Source: an uncultured Hormoscilla sp. (GTDB lineage: Bacteria; Cyanobacteriota; Cyanobacteriia; Cyanobacteriales; Desertifilaceae). From it: 64,000 bases of DNA. The translations under genes were made by a program, and so were the position numbers. The notes under the pieces are model-generated. The model searched no databases. It was not told where the DNA came from and was given only the letters and a program-made list of their open reading frames with translations. Where the stretch lies: assembly GCA_963921275.4 (NCBI GenBank), contig OZ001293.3, positions 2,976,001 to 3,040,000 of the forward strand, written 5' to 3'. Every line of letters begins with the position of its first letter. Position 1 is the stretch's first letter. Positions 31,031-40,860 of the stretch are shown here, in pieces.

Positions 31031-31849
31031 CAGCATATTGCAGATAAATGAGGTACACTTAATAAAAGTAAATCAATCAGTAAAATGAAAGCTTTACTCA
31101 ATTGACTTCCGCGAAAAAATAGTTTTGGCTTATGAACAAGGTAACACTTCAGTCAGAAAAGTGTCGGTGTCCCCCGGTCGCTCATCGTATTCGCAGAAAA
31201 GGGGGGACACCGCTGATAGATTTGGTGTAGCCAAAAGCTTTGTGCAGAAACTACTCTCCATGAAGAAGACCCAAGGTCATGTCAAGCCTAAACAACAAGG
31301 TGGAGCAATGAAGGGTCAGTTGAATGGATTGGGAACTCAATTAGCCGCAATGGTGGAAAAATACCCAGATGCCACTTTATCGGAATACTGTGAGTATTGG
31401 GGAACCACCTATAATCAATGGGTAAGTACAAGCACGATATGTCGTGCATTGAAAAAATCAAAATTAACACTAAAAAAAAAGACATTAGGGAAATTGAAAA
31501 TTGAGCAATTGAAAATTGAGCAATTGAAAATTGAAAATTACTTCATTTTCCATAGCGCTATGCGCACTGCGTATACGCAATTCGTAATTAGCCATTTTCA
31601 TTCGCAAATACAAATGCCAAAGTGAGATGCTCCCCAAGTGTTCTTTATCAATCACCCTCCTCTCCAGATTTTAATCCTATTGAACACTGGTGGTCACAAT
31701 TAAAATCTTTTTTACGTCAATTTTATCCCATATCTGCCAAAATGGTTGATGTTCTTATTCGCATTGCACTTAACTTGGTCAATCCTCAGCATTTAAAAAA
31801 CTGGTTTACAAACTGTTGTTACTGTACCTCATAAACCTGCAATCCGCTG
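31031..31849 (+). mobile_element. degenerate IS630-family element
   Basis: TA-flanked imperfect TIRs CAGCATATTGCAG/CTGCAATCCGCTG; fragments SIDFREKIV, YPDATLSE and SPDFNPIEHWWSQLK. Confidence 0.85.
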
Positions 31850-31902
31850 TATTTATTTCCTTGTTTGACTTAGAGCCAACGCAAGATTAAATCCCATCCG
31901 AA

Positions 31903-33261
31903 CTACCAGAATCTGCTTATCTTCTGTCCGGAGTATTGCCCTTGGATAGTTTTGGGTGAGAAACTGACTTTACGGCTCATGACAAATACTGAAACCGTCT
32001 GAAACATGCACAACGCCAACCACAAGATATGGCTACTATGGAAGTGCATCGCAATGAGCGCGAGGGGAATAAAACCCACAAGATTACCAGCTATTGTACT
32101 ATTCCGCAGCACCTTGGATTCCGTCAAACCTAACCAATAGCCTCGCAGAATATTAAAGAGGGAATTAAACACTGTAAACGGCACCAGCCAGATTAAGTAA
32201 ACTCCCATCCCATCGAGAATCTCAAGGTGATCTGTGAGTAAGCCAAACAGTGAATGGGGGAATAAAATAAAAGGGCAAATTGCCCCTAACCCAAGACAAA
32301 TGCTTGTTGCTCCAGATATCCGCAGTAGCCAAGGAAGTTTTTGGGTTAAGTTTCTACCCTGAAAGTTACCAGCTAGGGTTTCTGTCGCACAGGATAGTCC
32401 ATCAGTCAGCAGGCTTGCAATTAGCATGACTTGAAATAATAGGGAGTTAATGGCCACAACTTCTGTCCCTAAAGAAGCACTTAAGTCAGTAAAGATAATT
32501 AAAGTCAACTGACTTGCCACTATGCGCAAAGTAATATCTCCATTAAGTTGGAGCATGGTTTTAATTTTTTCTCGCTCGAAGGTTTGACTCGCAATAGTCC
32601 ATAACTGAGGCAATAAACCTGAGAATACAATGTAACCCAGCCCACCCAGAAGCATTAAATATTGGCTAATCGCAGTGGCAGCACCCACACCCGTACTCGC
32701 CCAGTGCAAATGAAAGAGAAAAAAATAGTCCAATATAATATTACTGACACAATTGATTGCAAAAAGAATCAAAACCTCAATGCTTTTCCCTCGCCCTAGT
32801 AACCATCCGAGCAAGCTAAAGTTTAGCAAAACAGCTGGCGCTCCTAAAATTCTGGCGAAGAAGTAATCGCTCCCGGCCATTTTTACTTCCGAGGTGGTAT
32901 GAAGCAGCGCAAAGCCTAAATATTGTAGTGGATATTGTAGTAAAATCAGCAGAAAACCCAATATCAGTGCGATCGATGAACTCCGCAATAAAAGTAGCAA
33001 AACTTCTGCTCGATCTGCGCGACCCTCAGCCTGTGCTGTAGGTCCAGTCGTTCCCATCCGTAGAAACCCACAAGTTGCATAAATGAAATTCAAAATTACA
33101 CTGGCAACGGCAACGCCAGCAAGATAACTAATGTCTCTGAGATGTCCCAAAAAAGCAGTGTCTACCAATCCCGCGATCGGCACCGCCATACCGGATAAAA
33201 TATTTAAAATTGACAGCTTGAAAAAACGGGATAGCGAATTTTCAGGTATATCCTCAGTCAT
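31903..33261 (-). CDS. MATE-family efflux transporter (DinF-like)
   Basis: PIAGLVDTAFLGHL, GFLRMGTTG and about 12 transmembrane helices. Confidence 0.9.
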   Translation of the reverse strand: MTEDIPENSLSRFFKLSILNILSGMAVPIAGLVDTAFLGHLRDISYLAGVAVASVILNFIYATCGFLRMGTTGPTAQAEGRADRAEVLLLLLRSSSIALILGFLLILLQYPLQYLGFALLHTTSEVKMAGSDYFFARILGAPAVLLNFSLLGWLLGRGKSIEVLILFAINCVSNIILDYFFLFHLHWASTGVGAATAISQYLMLLGGLGYIVFSGLLPQLWTIASQTFEREKIKTMLQLNGDITLRIVASQLTLIIFTDLSASLGTEVVAINSLLFQVMLIASLLTDGLSCATETLAGNFQGRNLTQKLPWLLRISGATSICLGLGAICPFILFPHSLFGLLTDHLEILDGMGVYLIWLVPFTVFNSLFNILRGYWLGLTESKVLRNSTIAGNLVGFIPLALIAMHFHSSHILWLALCMFQTVSVFVMSRKVSFSPKTIQGQYSGQKISRFW

Positions 33262-33326
33262 TGAATCTCTCCTAACTTCTAGTTAAAACCATTCCCAATT
33301 TTCTATCCAGCTTGACGCTAATAGCC

Positions 33327-34325
33327 CTAGAGATATTTAATTTGAGTGAGTTGAAAGGAATTTAAGAGTTCTAAAACAAACTCAATGCAATCGAACAATA
33401 TTTCATGGTGTTTTTCTCCCAAAATAACTAGGTTTCTGTTTTGGGGATAAGCCCAACGTTCCATATGGGCAATACTGAATCCTGCCTGTTTTTGCTCTTC
33501 TAACGGTACTTTTCTCAGGGCATCCCATAACACAATACTAGGCTTCTCTAGAGCAGTCGCAATGTGAGATGGTCCGGTATCGAAACCAATATAGATGTCG
33601 CTAGCCCAGATCAAAGCGAGCATCTGGCGAACGGTTGTTTTGGGAGCAAACACGGGCAAGGGCTTCCGATGGAATTTGTTATGACCAATCTGGAGGAAAC
33701 TAACTTGCTGTTTGAGTGTTTCAACCAACAGTAACCATTTATCCAGATACCAGGGAGATTCAGGCAGACTGGAAGATGTGCCATAGGGACATAAACAGAT
33801 GACAAGACGCTTGAGATCCCTGAGCGATCGCAATCCCCACTGCATTTCCTCAAACGAAAGAAACAGAGAACCGCGCAACTGCCGAGGACGGAGATTGTAG
33901 GGAGCGCAGAGATTGATAATTTCATGTCGGGATTGGCAGAAGTTATCGAACTCAGGATTAATGGCGTTCATAATAGCTGGATCTAGCTTATTGGCATCAA
34001 TAATTTCCTCAACATAAGGATTGTTTTGCCAAATGATAGTATTCCAATCCTCTCCTGGGTCGTCTGGCTCCTTAGGGTTCTTGATAATGTCAGAAGCGCA
34101 GAGGATTTTGACCGGACTCCCTTTTTGTAAAGCAAATTCTTCAACCAAGCGAGTGTAACAAACCAAACTGCCGAGAGCCAACCAAACCGGCCTCAATCTG
34201 CCTTTTTTGGTCTCGACCTCTATCGACTGCATCGGTTTAATCGCGATTCCTTCGGCTTTGTTGTCGGCCAAGGGTGGCAGGCCGAGCAACTCGGGAATTG
34301 TCGAATCGAAGCCGATGGGGTAGGG
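33327..34325 (-). pseudogene. in-frame chimera: RNA ligase (Rnl2-like) fragment joined to a GT9-family glycosyltransferase
   Basis: YPIGFDSTIPELLGLPPLADNKAEGIAIKP (ligase motif IV-like), then from ~34184 NNPYVEEI and YIGFDTGPSHIATALEKPSIVLW (GT9). Confidence 0.65.
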
Positions 34326-34333
34326 GGGGACTG

Positions 34334-34489
34334 GGGAGCATCTCAATTTTGCCACTATATAAATTGTCCCCTTCGTAACGCAGTGCCGATTCTTGGGCGG
34401 TTTCAAACTCTATTATCGCCCAAGCGATTCTCCTACGGAGACGCTTTCGCGATCGGCACTGCGTTACAAGGCAAAACTGAGATGCTCCC
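34334..34489. mobile_element. 156-bp MITE
   Basis: TIR GGGAGCATCTCA/TGAGATGCTCCC; 8-bp TSD GGGGACTG. Confidence 0.8.
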
Positions 34490-34630
34490 GGGGACTGCCC
34501 CTACAAATACTGGAACTGTTTAAACGGATTTGATATCAAAACTCAAAACTTAAAACTCTACCATTCCAAATTTTAAATTTTAAATTACCTATTTTAAATT
34601 ATCCATTCCAAATTTTAAATTTTAAATTAC

Positions 34631-36496
34631 CTATTTTCCATTCCCCATACTGGCGATAAGCACGGAAATTCCCGATCGCATCTTGATTTGTTGCCTGAAG
34701 CGCAAGCCCACCGAGCGCAATAAATCCTGAAATTGGGGCAGAGTTCGCTCGCAACCGCCGGTTATTACTAGCATATTTAAGTCCAGCAAACCGCAGTCAG
34801 GCACGCTAGGTTCCAGGACTCTTTCTAGGATGTAGAGCCGACCCTTTGGGGTCAGGGCTTGTTTGGCTCGTTGCAGAATTATTTTTGCTTGCGGGTCTGA
34901 CCAGTCGTGCAGTACCCGAGCTAGGATGACAGCATCGGCCAGGGTTGACCAAGATGCAAACAAATCTGCTCCCACAATTTGCACCCGCGTAGCAAGATTT
35001 TCTGGGACGCGGACATTGGCGATCGCCTCCGGTCTGTCTAGCAAAATTCCAGTCGAGCGAGGCGAGGCTTGCAAAACCATCCAGAGCAATTCTCCCGTAC
35101 CGCCTCCGGCATCCAGGACTGTTGCGCGATCGGACCGCGGACGGTCCGAAAAATCGGAAAAGTCGATTGCTTCCGTAATAGCAGAGTAATCGTGGTGGGC
35201 ATAAGTTAATAGAGCTTGGTGATAGGTTTTTAATTTCTCTGGCTCTTGCCCGTACCAATCAAAGAACGGCAGGCCAAACTGGGTATCGAATGCGGGTTTG
35301 CCCTCGCGCAGAGCAGCCGCTAAGCTCGCCCACGCTGCATAATGTTCGCTCCCCCAAAGCACTGCTGCAGATGCCATTGATAAGGGATGATTTGTCGCTA
35401 GCAAGGCACCGCGATCGCTCGTTTGCCAGAAATTCGCGCCCCTTGGAGAAACCCTGGGAAAAACCAAGCCCAATTCGTGGAGCGCTCGCAGCAGTCGCTC
35501 CCCCATCCCCGAAGCAAGTCCCAGTTTTTGTTCCATTGCCGAGCTAGTAGCTGGGAGAGCATCGAATACGCCCAATTTTACCGCAGCAAAAATTGTCTGC
35601 GATCGCCAATATCCCACCATATCTGCCGATAGCTCTTGGAGCGCGTCTCCTTCTGGCGAAGTAATTTCTAGCGAGGGTGGCGAGGGTGGCGAGGTAATTT
35701 CTGGCGAGGTAATTTCTGGCGAGGGTGGCGAAGTAATTTCTGGCGAGCGTGGCGAGGGTGGCGAGGTAATTTCTGGCGAGCGCAGTTGCACTATTGTTTT
35801 TCCCGCCTCATCGATAACCAGCAATGCTCCGTCAAAGTCTTCTACGCGAGCCTGCCCGTTATAGAACGGTTCTACGGCGGCAAACCGTCGTCCATAAGCG
35901 GATTCTCCTTGGAGATTGATATGATGCCAGCCGCGATCGTCGCGAGCCCGTGCAAATCCTTTATGAAATACATCCAAATCCCGGAAGCATCGCTGATGTT
36001 GCGGCCGACCGTCTAAAGTAATATGCGCGTGCAGCCCATCTTCTCGTTGAACGACTGCTATTCCTTCTCGGTAATCTCCTACATATCGATAGCCAATATT
36101 TCCAGATTCGTAAGCCTTAGTGCCATCGGGTCGGATGTGGAAATATTGGCCGTCCCAGGTGCGAACTGCAGAGCGTCCTTCCTGAAAATTGCCGCACCAA
36201 TCATAGCGATCTGGGTAGAGGGGTTGGCCATTTTCTAGAATGTGAAACCAACCTCCAAGCGAACAAACGGCGGCACGTCTTTCGTAAAATCCAAAAGTCC
36301 TGAGATAGTGGTTTGAATAAGCGGGAGACCCATCCGCTAAAATATGATAGGCTCCCGACGAGTCTCTAACTGGCGCTAGACCCGGAGCGTGAAACTTGAG
36401 AACTTCTTCAAAGCGAGCCGAGTAAGCAGGGCGACCTTGGAAAAGGTGATGCGATCGCTCTGGTGATATTGTGAATTCTTGCCAGGGTTGTTTCAT
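34631..36496 (-). CDS. WG(KWG)-repeat protein fused to an O-methyltransferase (family 2)
   Basis: Repeated F.EGR.AV / ..HI..DG units; Pro/Ser-rich linker; AAVKLGVFD dimerisation helix, VLDAGGGTG, ARVLHDWSD and GGCERT motifs. Confidence 0.85.
   Translation of the reverse strand: MKQPWQEFTISPERSHHLFQGRPAYSARFEEVLKFHAPGLAPVRDSSGAYHILADGSPAYSNHYLRTFGFYERRAAVCSLGGWFHILENGQPLYPDRYDWCGNFQEGRSAVRTWDGQYFHIRPDGTKAYESGNIGYRYVGDYREGIAVVQREDGLHAHITLDGRPQHQRCFRDLDVFHKGFARARDDRGWHHINLQGESAYGRRFAAVEPFYNGQARVEDFDGALLVIDEAGKTIVQLRSPEITSPPSPRSPEITSPPSPEITSPEITSPPSPPSLEITSPEGDALQELSADMVGYWRSQTIFAAVKLGVFDALPATSSAMEQKLGLASGMGERLLRALHELGLVFPRVSPRGANFWQTSDRGALLATNHPLSMASAAVLWGSEHYAAWASLAAALREGKPAFDTQFGLPFFDWYGQEPEKLKTYHQALLTYAHHDYSAITEAIDFSDFSDRPRSDRATVLDAGGGTGELLWMVLQASPRSTGILLDRPEAIANVRVPENLATRVQIVGADLFASWSTLADAVILARVLHDWSDPQAKIILQRAKQALTPKGRLYILERVLEPSVPDCGLLDLNMLVITGGCERTLPQFQDLLRSVGLRFRQQIKMRSGISVLIASMGNGK
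35652..35782. repeat. coding tandem repeat (PEITSPPS) linker
   Basis: CTGGCGAGGTAATTT and GGCGAGGGT units. Confidence 0.85.
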
Positions 36497-36572
36497 TTTG
36501 GGGAATTGGTAATTGGGCATTGGGCATTTGGAATGGGGAATTGGGCATTGGGCATGGGAAATTCCCTATTCC

Positions 36573-39056
36573 CTATTCCCCATTCCGCATATTACAACCT
36601 TGACACAGAGAGTGATTTTGATAGGTCGAGCAAAGCTGTTGGTATGCTTGGCTCTGCCAGATTTGCCAAATACTCTGGGAGTTGAGGTTGCCAAATTCCC
36701 CCAGAGTGCGGCGCAGGGCATCTGGGGCGCAGCAGGGGTTGAATCGTCCTTCGGCGCTAACCCAAGCTTCCCGACCTAGAAAGGGACAAACCGCATCGGG
36801 AGCGATTTCTTGAGGCTCGTTCGGGTCAAGGGCAAAGATGTTTTCTAAAAGTACCCGTTCTCCATTGGGCTTGCGGTATCGTTCGGCGGCTGTTTGGGCA
36901 GCAGCAACTGCTTGATTCCAGCGCGCGATCGCCTCCGTACTGCGTCGCATAGATAAGGACTTAATCTCGTCAAAATGCGCCCAGAGGTGGTGTCCTTCAC
37001 TCGGTCAACCCCCAAGGAAGCCGCCAGCTTGACAATTTCCGCCAGTTCCTCCAGGTTTGTTTCTAGAAAAGTTAGTTGGAAAGTTACCCGACACCAATTG
37101 CCCCCAGACTCGGCATGGCGATCGCGCACGGTAATAAACTCTTTGACATTCTCTAGCACCCGCTCCCATCGCGTCCCCAGTATAATCGATTCTTGAGTTT
37201 CTTTACTCGCTCCGTTCCAAGATATTTTCACGTCCGAGGTCACGGGCACAATTTTTTCCGCCCACGCTTTGGCTCCGCGTCTGGGAAAAGTGCCATTGGT
37301 AGTTAGGTTTAGCTTCACCCCGTATTTTTGGCACAGGTCGAGAATCTCCTCAAAATGCTGGTACAGCAGCGGTTCTCCCATTGTCGAAGGGATAATTTCT
37401 CGCAACGGCGTTCCCGCCGACTCCGCCATAATTTTGCGGATTAGCTCGATATCCATGCGCCGGCGAGGTTTCCCAGCCGCTCGCCGCTGTTGCTGTAACG
37501 AGCTGTAGGGGGAATGTTCCTCGCACATAATGCAGTGCAAGTTACAGTCATCGGGATTCGTATCGAACGTAATCCGCCACGGCCCGGGTTTGTTGGCTGT
37601 TCCTGTAAGGGTTGTATTTTTGTCAGTTATGCCCAATCCGGTTTCATAAGAACCTAATTTTTCTAGTTCGCCCAAGCGGGCGCACTCTACCGCAACGGGC
37701 AAGGCGTTTCCGCCAATAGGGTGACGGCTTACCCGCGTATCCACCGGATTTGATATCGCTCGGGCATCAATCGCTCGGCCATAGAGTTGCTCGATTTCTA
37801 GAACGCGATCGCTAATACTGGGAACGTTCCCATCCGCAGACTGTAAATAACCGCGCATTCCCAGTTTCCGAGCCAATTGAGGATCGTCTGCCAAGCGCTG
37901 CATTTGCGCGGCTAAAGATAACGGGTCGCGGTGGTTAAAGAGCAGCCCATTAATAGAGTCCCGGACGTATTCTGCCATGCCCCCATAATTGGCGGCGATA
38001 ACTGGCACGCGGACTTGCAAGGCTTCGTGAATAACCAAAGGCGAGTTTTCCCCCCAGATAGACGGCACGACAATAGCGTCGCATTTGTTAAAAACTGCAG
38101 GGACAATATCTGAGTTTTGGTATTCTCCCATCCATTCGATGCGCTTTTGTACCTCGAAAGGCAGCTCTTTCTCTAGAGCCATAAGTGCTTTGGTTTCCAT
38201 CCGGTGCCGCCCCCAAATTCTCAGGCGAGGATTGCCCCCGAGCTGTCCGAAAGCTTGGATTAAATGGTGTACGCCTTTGGCGGGGATGTGAGTGCCGATA
38301 TAACCAAAGGTGAAAGGTTCCCCAGCCAGCCGGCGACGATTTGCTAGGCGATCGCGGTCAAAGCCATAGTCCAAATAAACCAGTTTTTCCGGTTCCAGAC
38401 CAAATTCCGAGCGGAATCTTTCTAAAAGATATCGGGAAGGAGCAATAAATAAACTTACTGCCTCGCAGATTTCGCGTATATGCGCCATGCGCCGGCTTAC
38501 CCAGTCCGTCCAGTAGGCGATATCGGTTTCTGCTTCCGCCGGAGCGCCGCTAAAATACCTGCAGTAGCATCGTTCGGCGCATTTTCGGTCTGCTTGGCCG
38601 TCGCAAAGCGCCCAAACGTCCCTTGGTTTTTCTGGAGAGAGTTGAATAAATTGACCCCGAGGACACATCAGCCAAAAGTCATGCAACGTGAAAACCATTG
38701 GCACTTGGCGCTGCTTGGCTTCTAGCACTATTGAAGTGGAAAGGTGATTGAGGTGATGGATATGGACGATATCCGGTTGGATGCGATCGAGCAGCGCCCC
38801 AAAGTAGCGATCTACATTCTGGGTCGCGGTAGCGATCGCGCCCTCTCGCTAAGTTAATCGAGTAGAGTTTTACCCGCTCGTCCCTTGAATCGGTCTTTTC
38901 ACAGGTCGTATAGTCTGGGAGAAACGTATTTTCTTGTCGAGTCAGTACGTCAACTTCGTGTCTATCGGCCAAGGCCCGCGCCAATCCTTGGACTGAGACT
39001 TCCGAGCCCGCGTTGTAGTCGGGGGGATATCCGTGGATGACCAGTAGGATTTTCAT
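36573..39056 (-). pseudogene. GT4 glycosyltransferase-radical SAM/SPASM fusion with two frameshifts (~38820, ~36995)
   Basis: HGYPPDYNAGSE, TLHDFW, KGVHHLI and ENSPLVIHEA (GT4); CNLHCIMC, GEPLL and TTNG (radical SAM); CPFL..NPCC..CQGC (SPASM/twitch). Confidence 0.9.
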
Positions 39057-39093
39057 CTGAAATCTCTCTTGCTTCGCCATTGTCTGCCAATTA

Positions 39094-39198
39094 TATAGCA
39101 GGGAACGGGGAACAGGGAACGGGAAACAAGAAAAGTCCGTTCTTGTCTGGGGCAAGACAATTATTCGCGAGTCCGCGCCCTACCTGGCAACTGCTATA
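39094..39198. mobile_element. 105-bp MITE-like repeat; second copy at 40323-40427
   Basis: TATAGCAG..CTGCTATA termini, internal GGGAACA heptamers; the two copies are near-identical. Confidence 0.75.
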
Positions 39199-39323
39199 TC
39201 AAATCCGGTTAAATACTTAGACAAAAGATTTGGAACCTCCCGTAGGACAGGCTTCCGAGAAGTCCCAACAAGCGTATACGGACAGGCGTCCCGCCTGTCC
39301 TACGGGAAGCTCGATTCGTATTA

Positions 39324-40306
39324 ACGTGAGTTCGACGAAACTAGAAAATGGCAGGAGGTAGTGCTGGTAAGCCTTTGACCTCCAGAACGAGGCGAGGTTT
39401 TTTATCGGCGTCGGTGTAGGCCACCAAGCCAGCCAGCAGGTTGACCAAGAAGTTGAAGACACTCCGGTGGCGAGAATGCTCGATTTGACAGATGTTCTTG
39501 AGTTGGTCGTTGACCGATTCAATGACGGCCCGCTTCCGGAGCTGGATTTTATCGCTCGTTTTCATCAAGCGATTTTTCATATTTCGCTTCGATTTAGCAA
39601 TTTGAGACCTTGTTCGTATAATTTCTCGAATAGGTCTCTCAAGACATATCCCCGGTCTCCAAACAGTTTTCCAAACAAGTCTTGAGCCATCTCTGGTACA
39701 GGTTTACGGTCGTCAGTGTTGGCTGGCGTGAGCTTGAAGGCTAGTAACTCTCCGCGCTCGTTGATAATCAAATGCAATTTAAATCCGAAATGCCAGCCAG
39801 TTGAGCTTTTCCCCCAGTGGACTAGCCCTTTGAACACCTTATGGTTATGAGCACGACGAGGGTGACAAACTTCTATGGGTGTAGAATCAACAAAGGAAAT
39901 GCCTGTAACTTCTCCTTTTCGAGTATGAAGAAAACAACTTCATAGCATTAGACACCACGGCATCAATTCCACAAAGCGATTATAGCTGACCAAGACAGGG
40001 TGTAAAACTCTTTGAACGTACGGAAGCCCGAGCCATGAAAAGCGATGGCAATCGTCATAATTTCTGAGAGGCTCATGCGCGAACGACAGCATCGTTCCCC
40101 AGGCATGGAGGGCAGTTGCGGTTGTTCTTCCCAGTGGCGCACCGTTCCGGAAAAATCGAACATTTGGCAGAAGTCGTCTAGTTCACAGAAGATGCGGGTG
40201 ACATCCAGGCGCGATACAATTTGACTCATGGTGGGTTCAGACTGGGGTGGAATGGTTCAAACCCAGTCTCCGCCTTTTTTTTTTGTCCAGTCCGTCGAAC
40301 TCACGT
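39324..40306 (-). mobile_element. IS982-family element with frameshifted transposase
   Basis: TIR ACGTGAGTTCGACG; TSD TCGTATTA; IFCELDDFC, GWHFGFKLH, FGDRGY and [12 protein letters not shown] motifs. Confidence 0.92.
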
Positions 40307-40440
40307 TCGTATTATGGGCGATTATAGCAGAGAACAGGGAACAGGGAACGGGGAACAAGAAAAGCCCGTTGTTGTCTGGGGCAAGACAATTATTCGCGAG
40401 TCCGCGCCCTACCTGGCAACTGCTATAAACGGATTTGATA

Positions 40441-40860
40441 TTACTCCGCGTCAGGAATCGCATCGGGTAATTCATATTCCAAATATCGCAAACGGGGAAA
40501 AAAGTAAGCTACGGATGTCATTAAAATAGTCAAGGCTCCCATGCAAATGAAGAGTAAGCCGATGCCACGACCGGGGCCAGTACCGATCGCCCAACCAATA
40601 CTTCTCGCAACAATACTATCTTGATTCATTAATGGTTCAAAGATGCGATCGGCTAGAGGGCCCGCCGCAAGATAAGAGAGAGGAAGCGTCGCCAAAACCA
40701 CCGATTTGCGAAAGGCAAAAACGCGCCCTTGGACTTCCGGTGCGACCTTGCGCTGGTAGATGGCTTGAATGCTACCGTTAACGACGGGAACGGCCAAGAG
40801 CAAAGAAAAATTGGCAACAGCCAGTAGGATCGCACTCGGGCGAAGACCTGTAACCAGAAC
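40441..40860 (-). pseudogene. C-terminal part of an MFS (macrolide-efflux-like) transporter
   Basis: QRKVAPEVQGRVFA, GPLADRIFEP and GTGPGRGIGLLF; abuts the truncated NRPS C domain. Confidence 0.8.

Noticed and set aside
34326..34406. Start of the 359-aa ORF
   Set aside because: These codons lie within a MITE and its target duplication.
36500..36590. ORFs built from GIGHW/IPYS repeats
   Set aside because: These are cyanobacterial STRR heptamer repeats; similar ones occur at ~30830-30860, ~57632-57674 and ~61680-61830.
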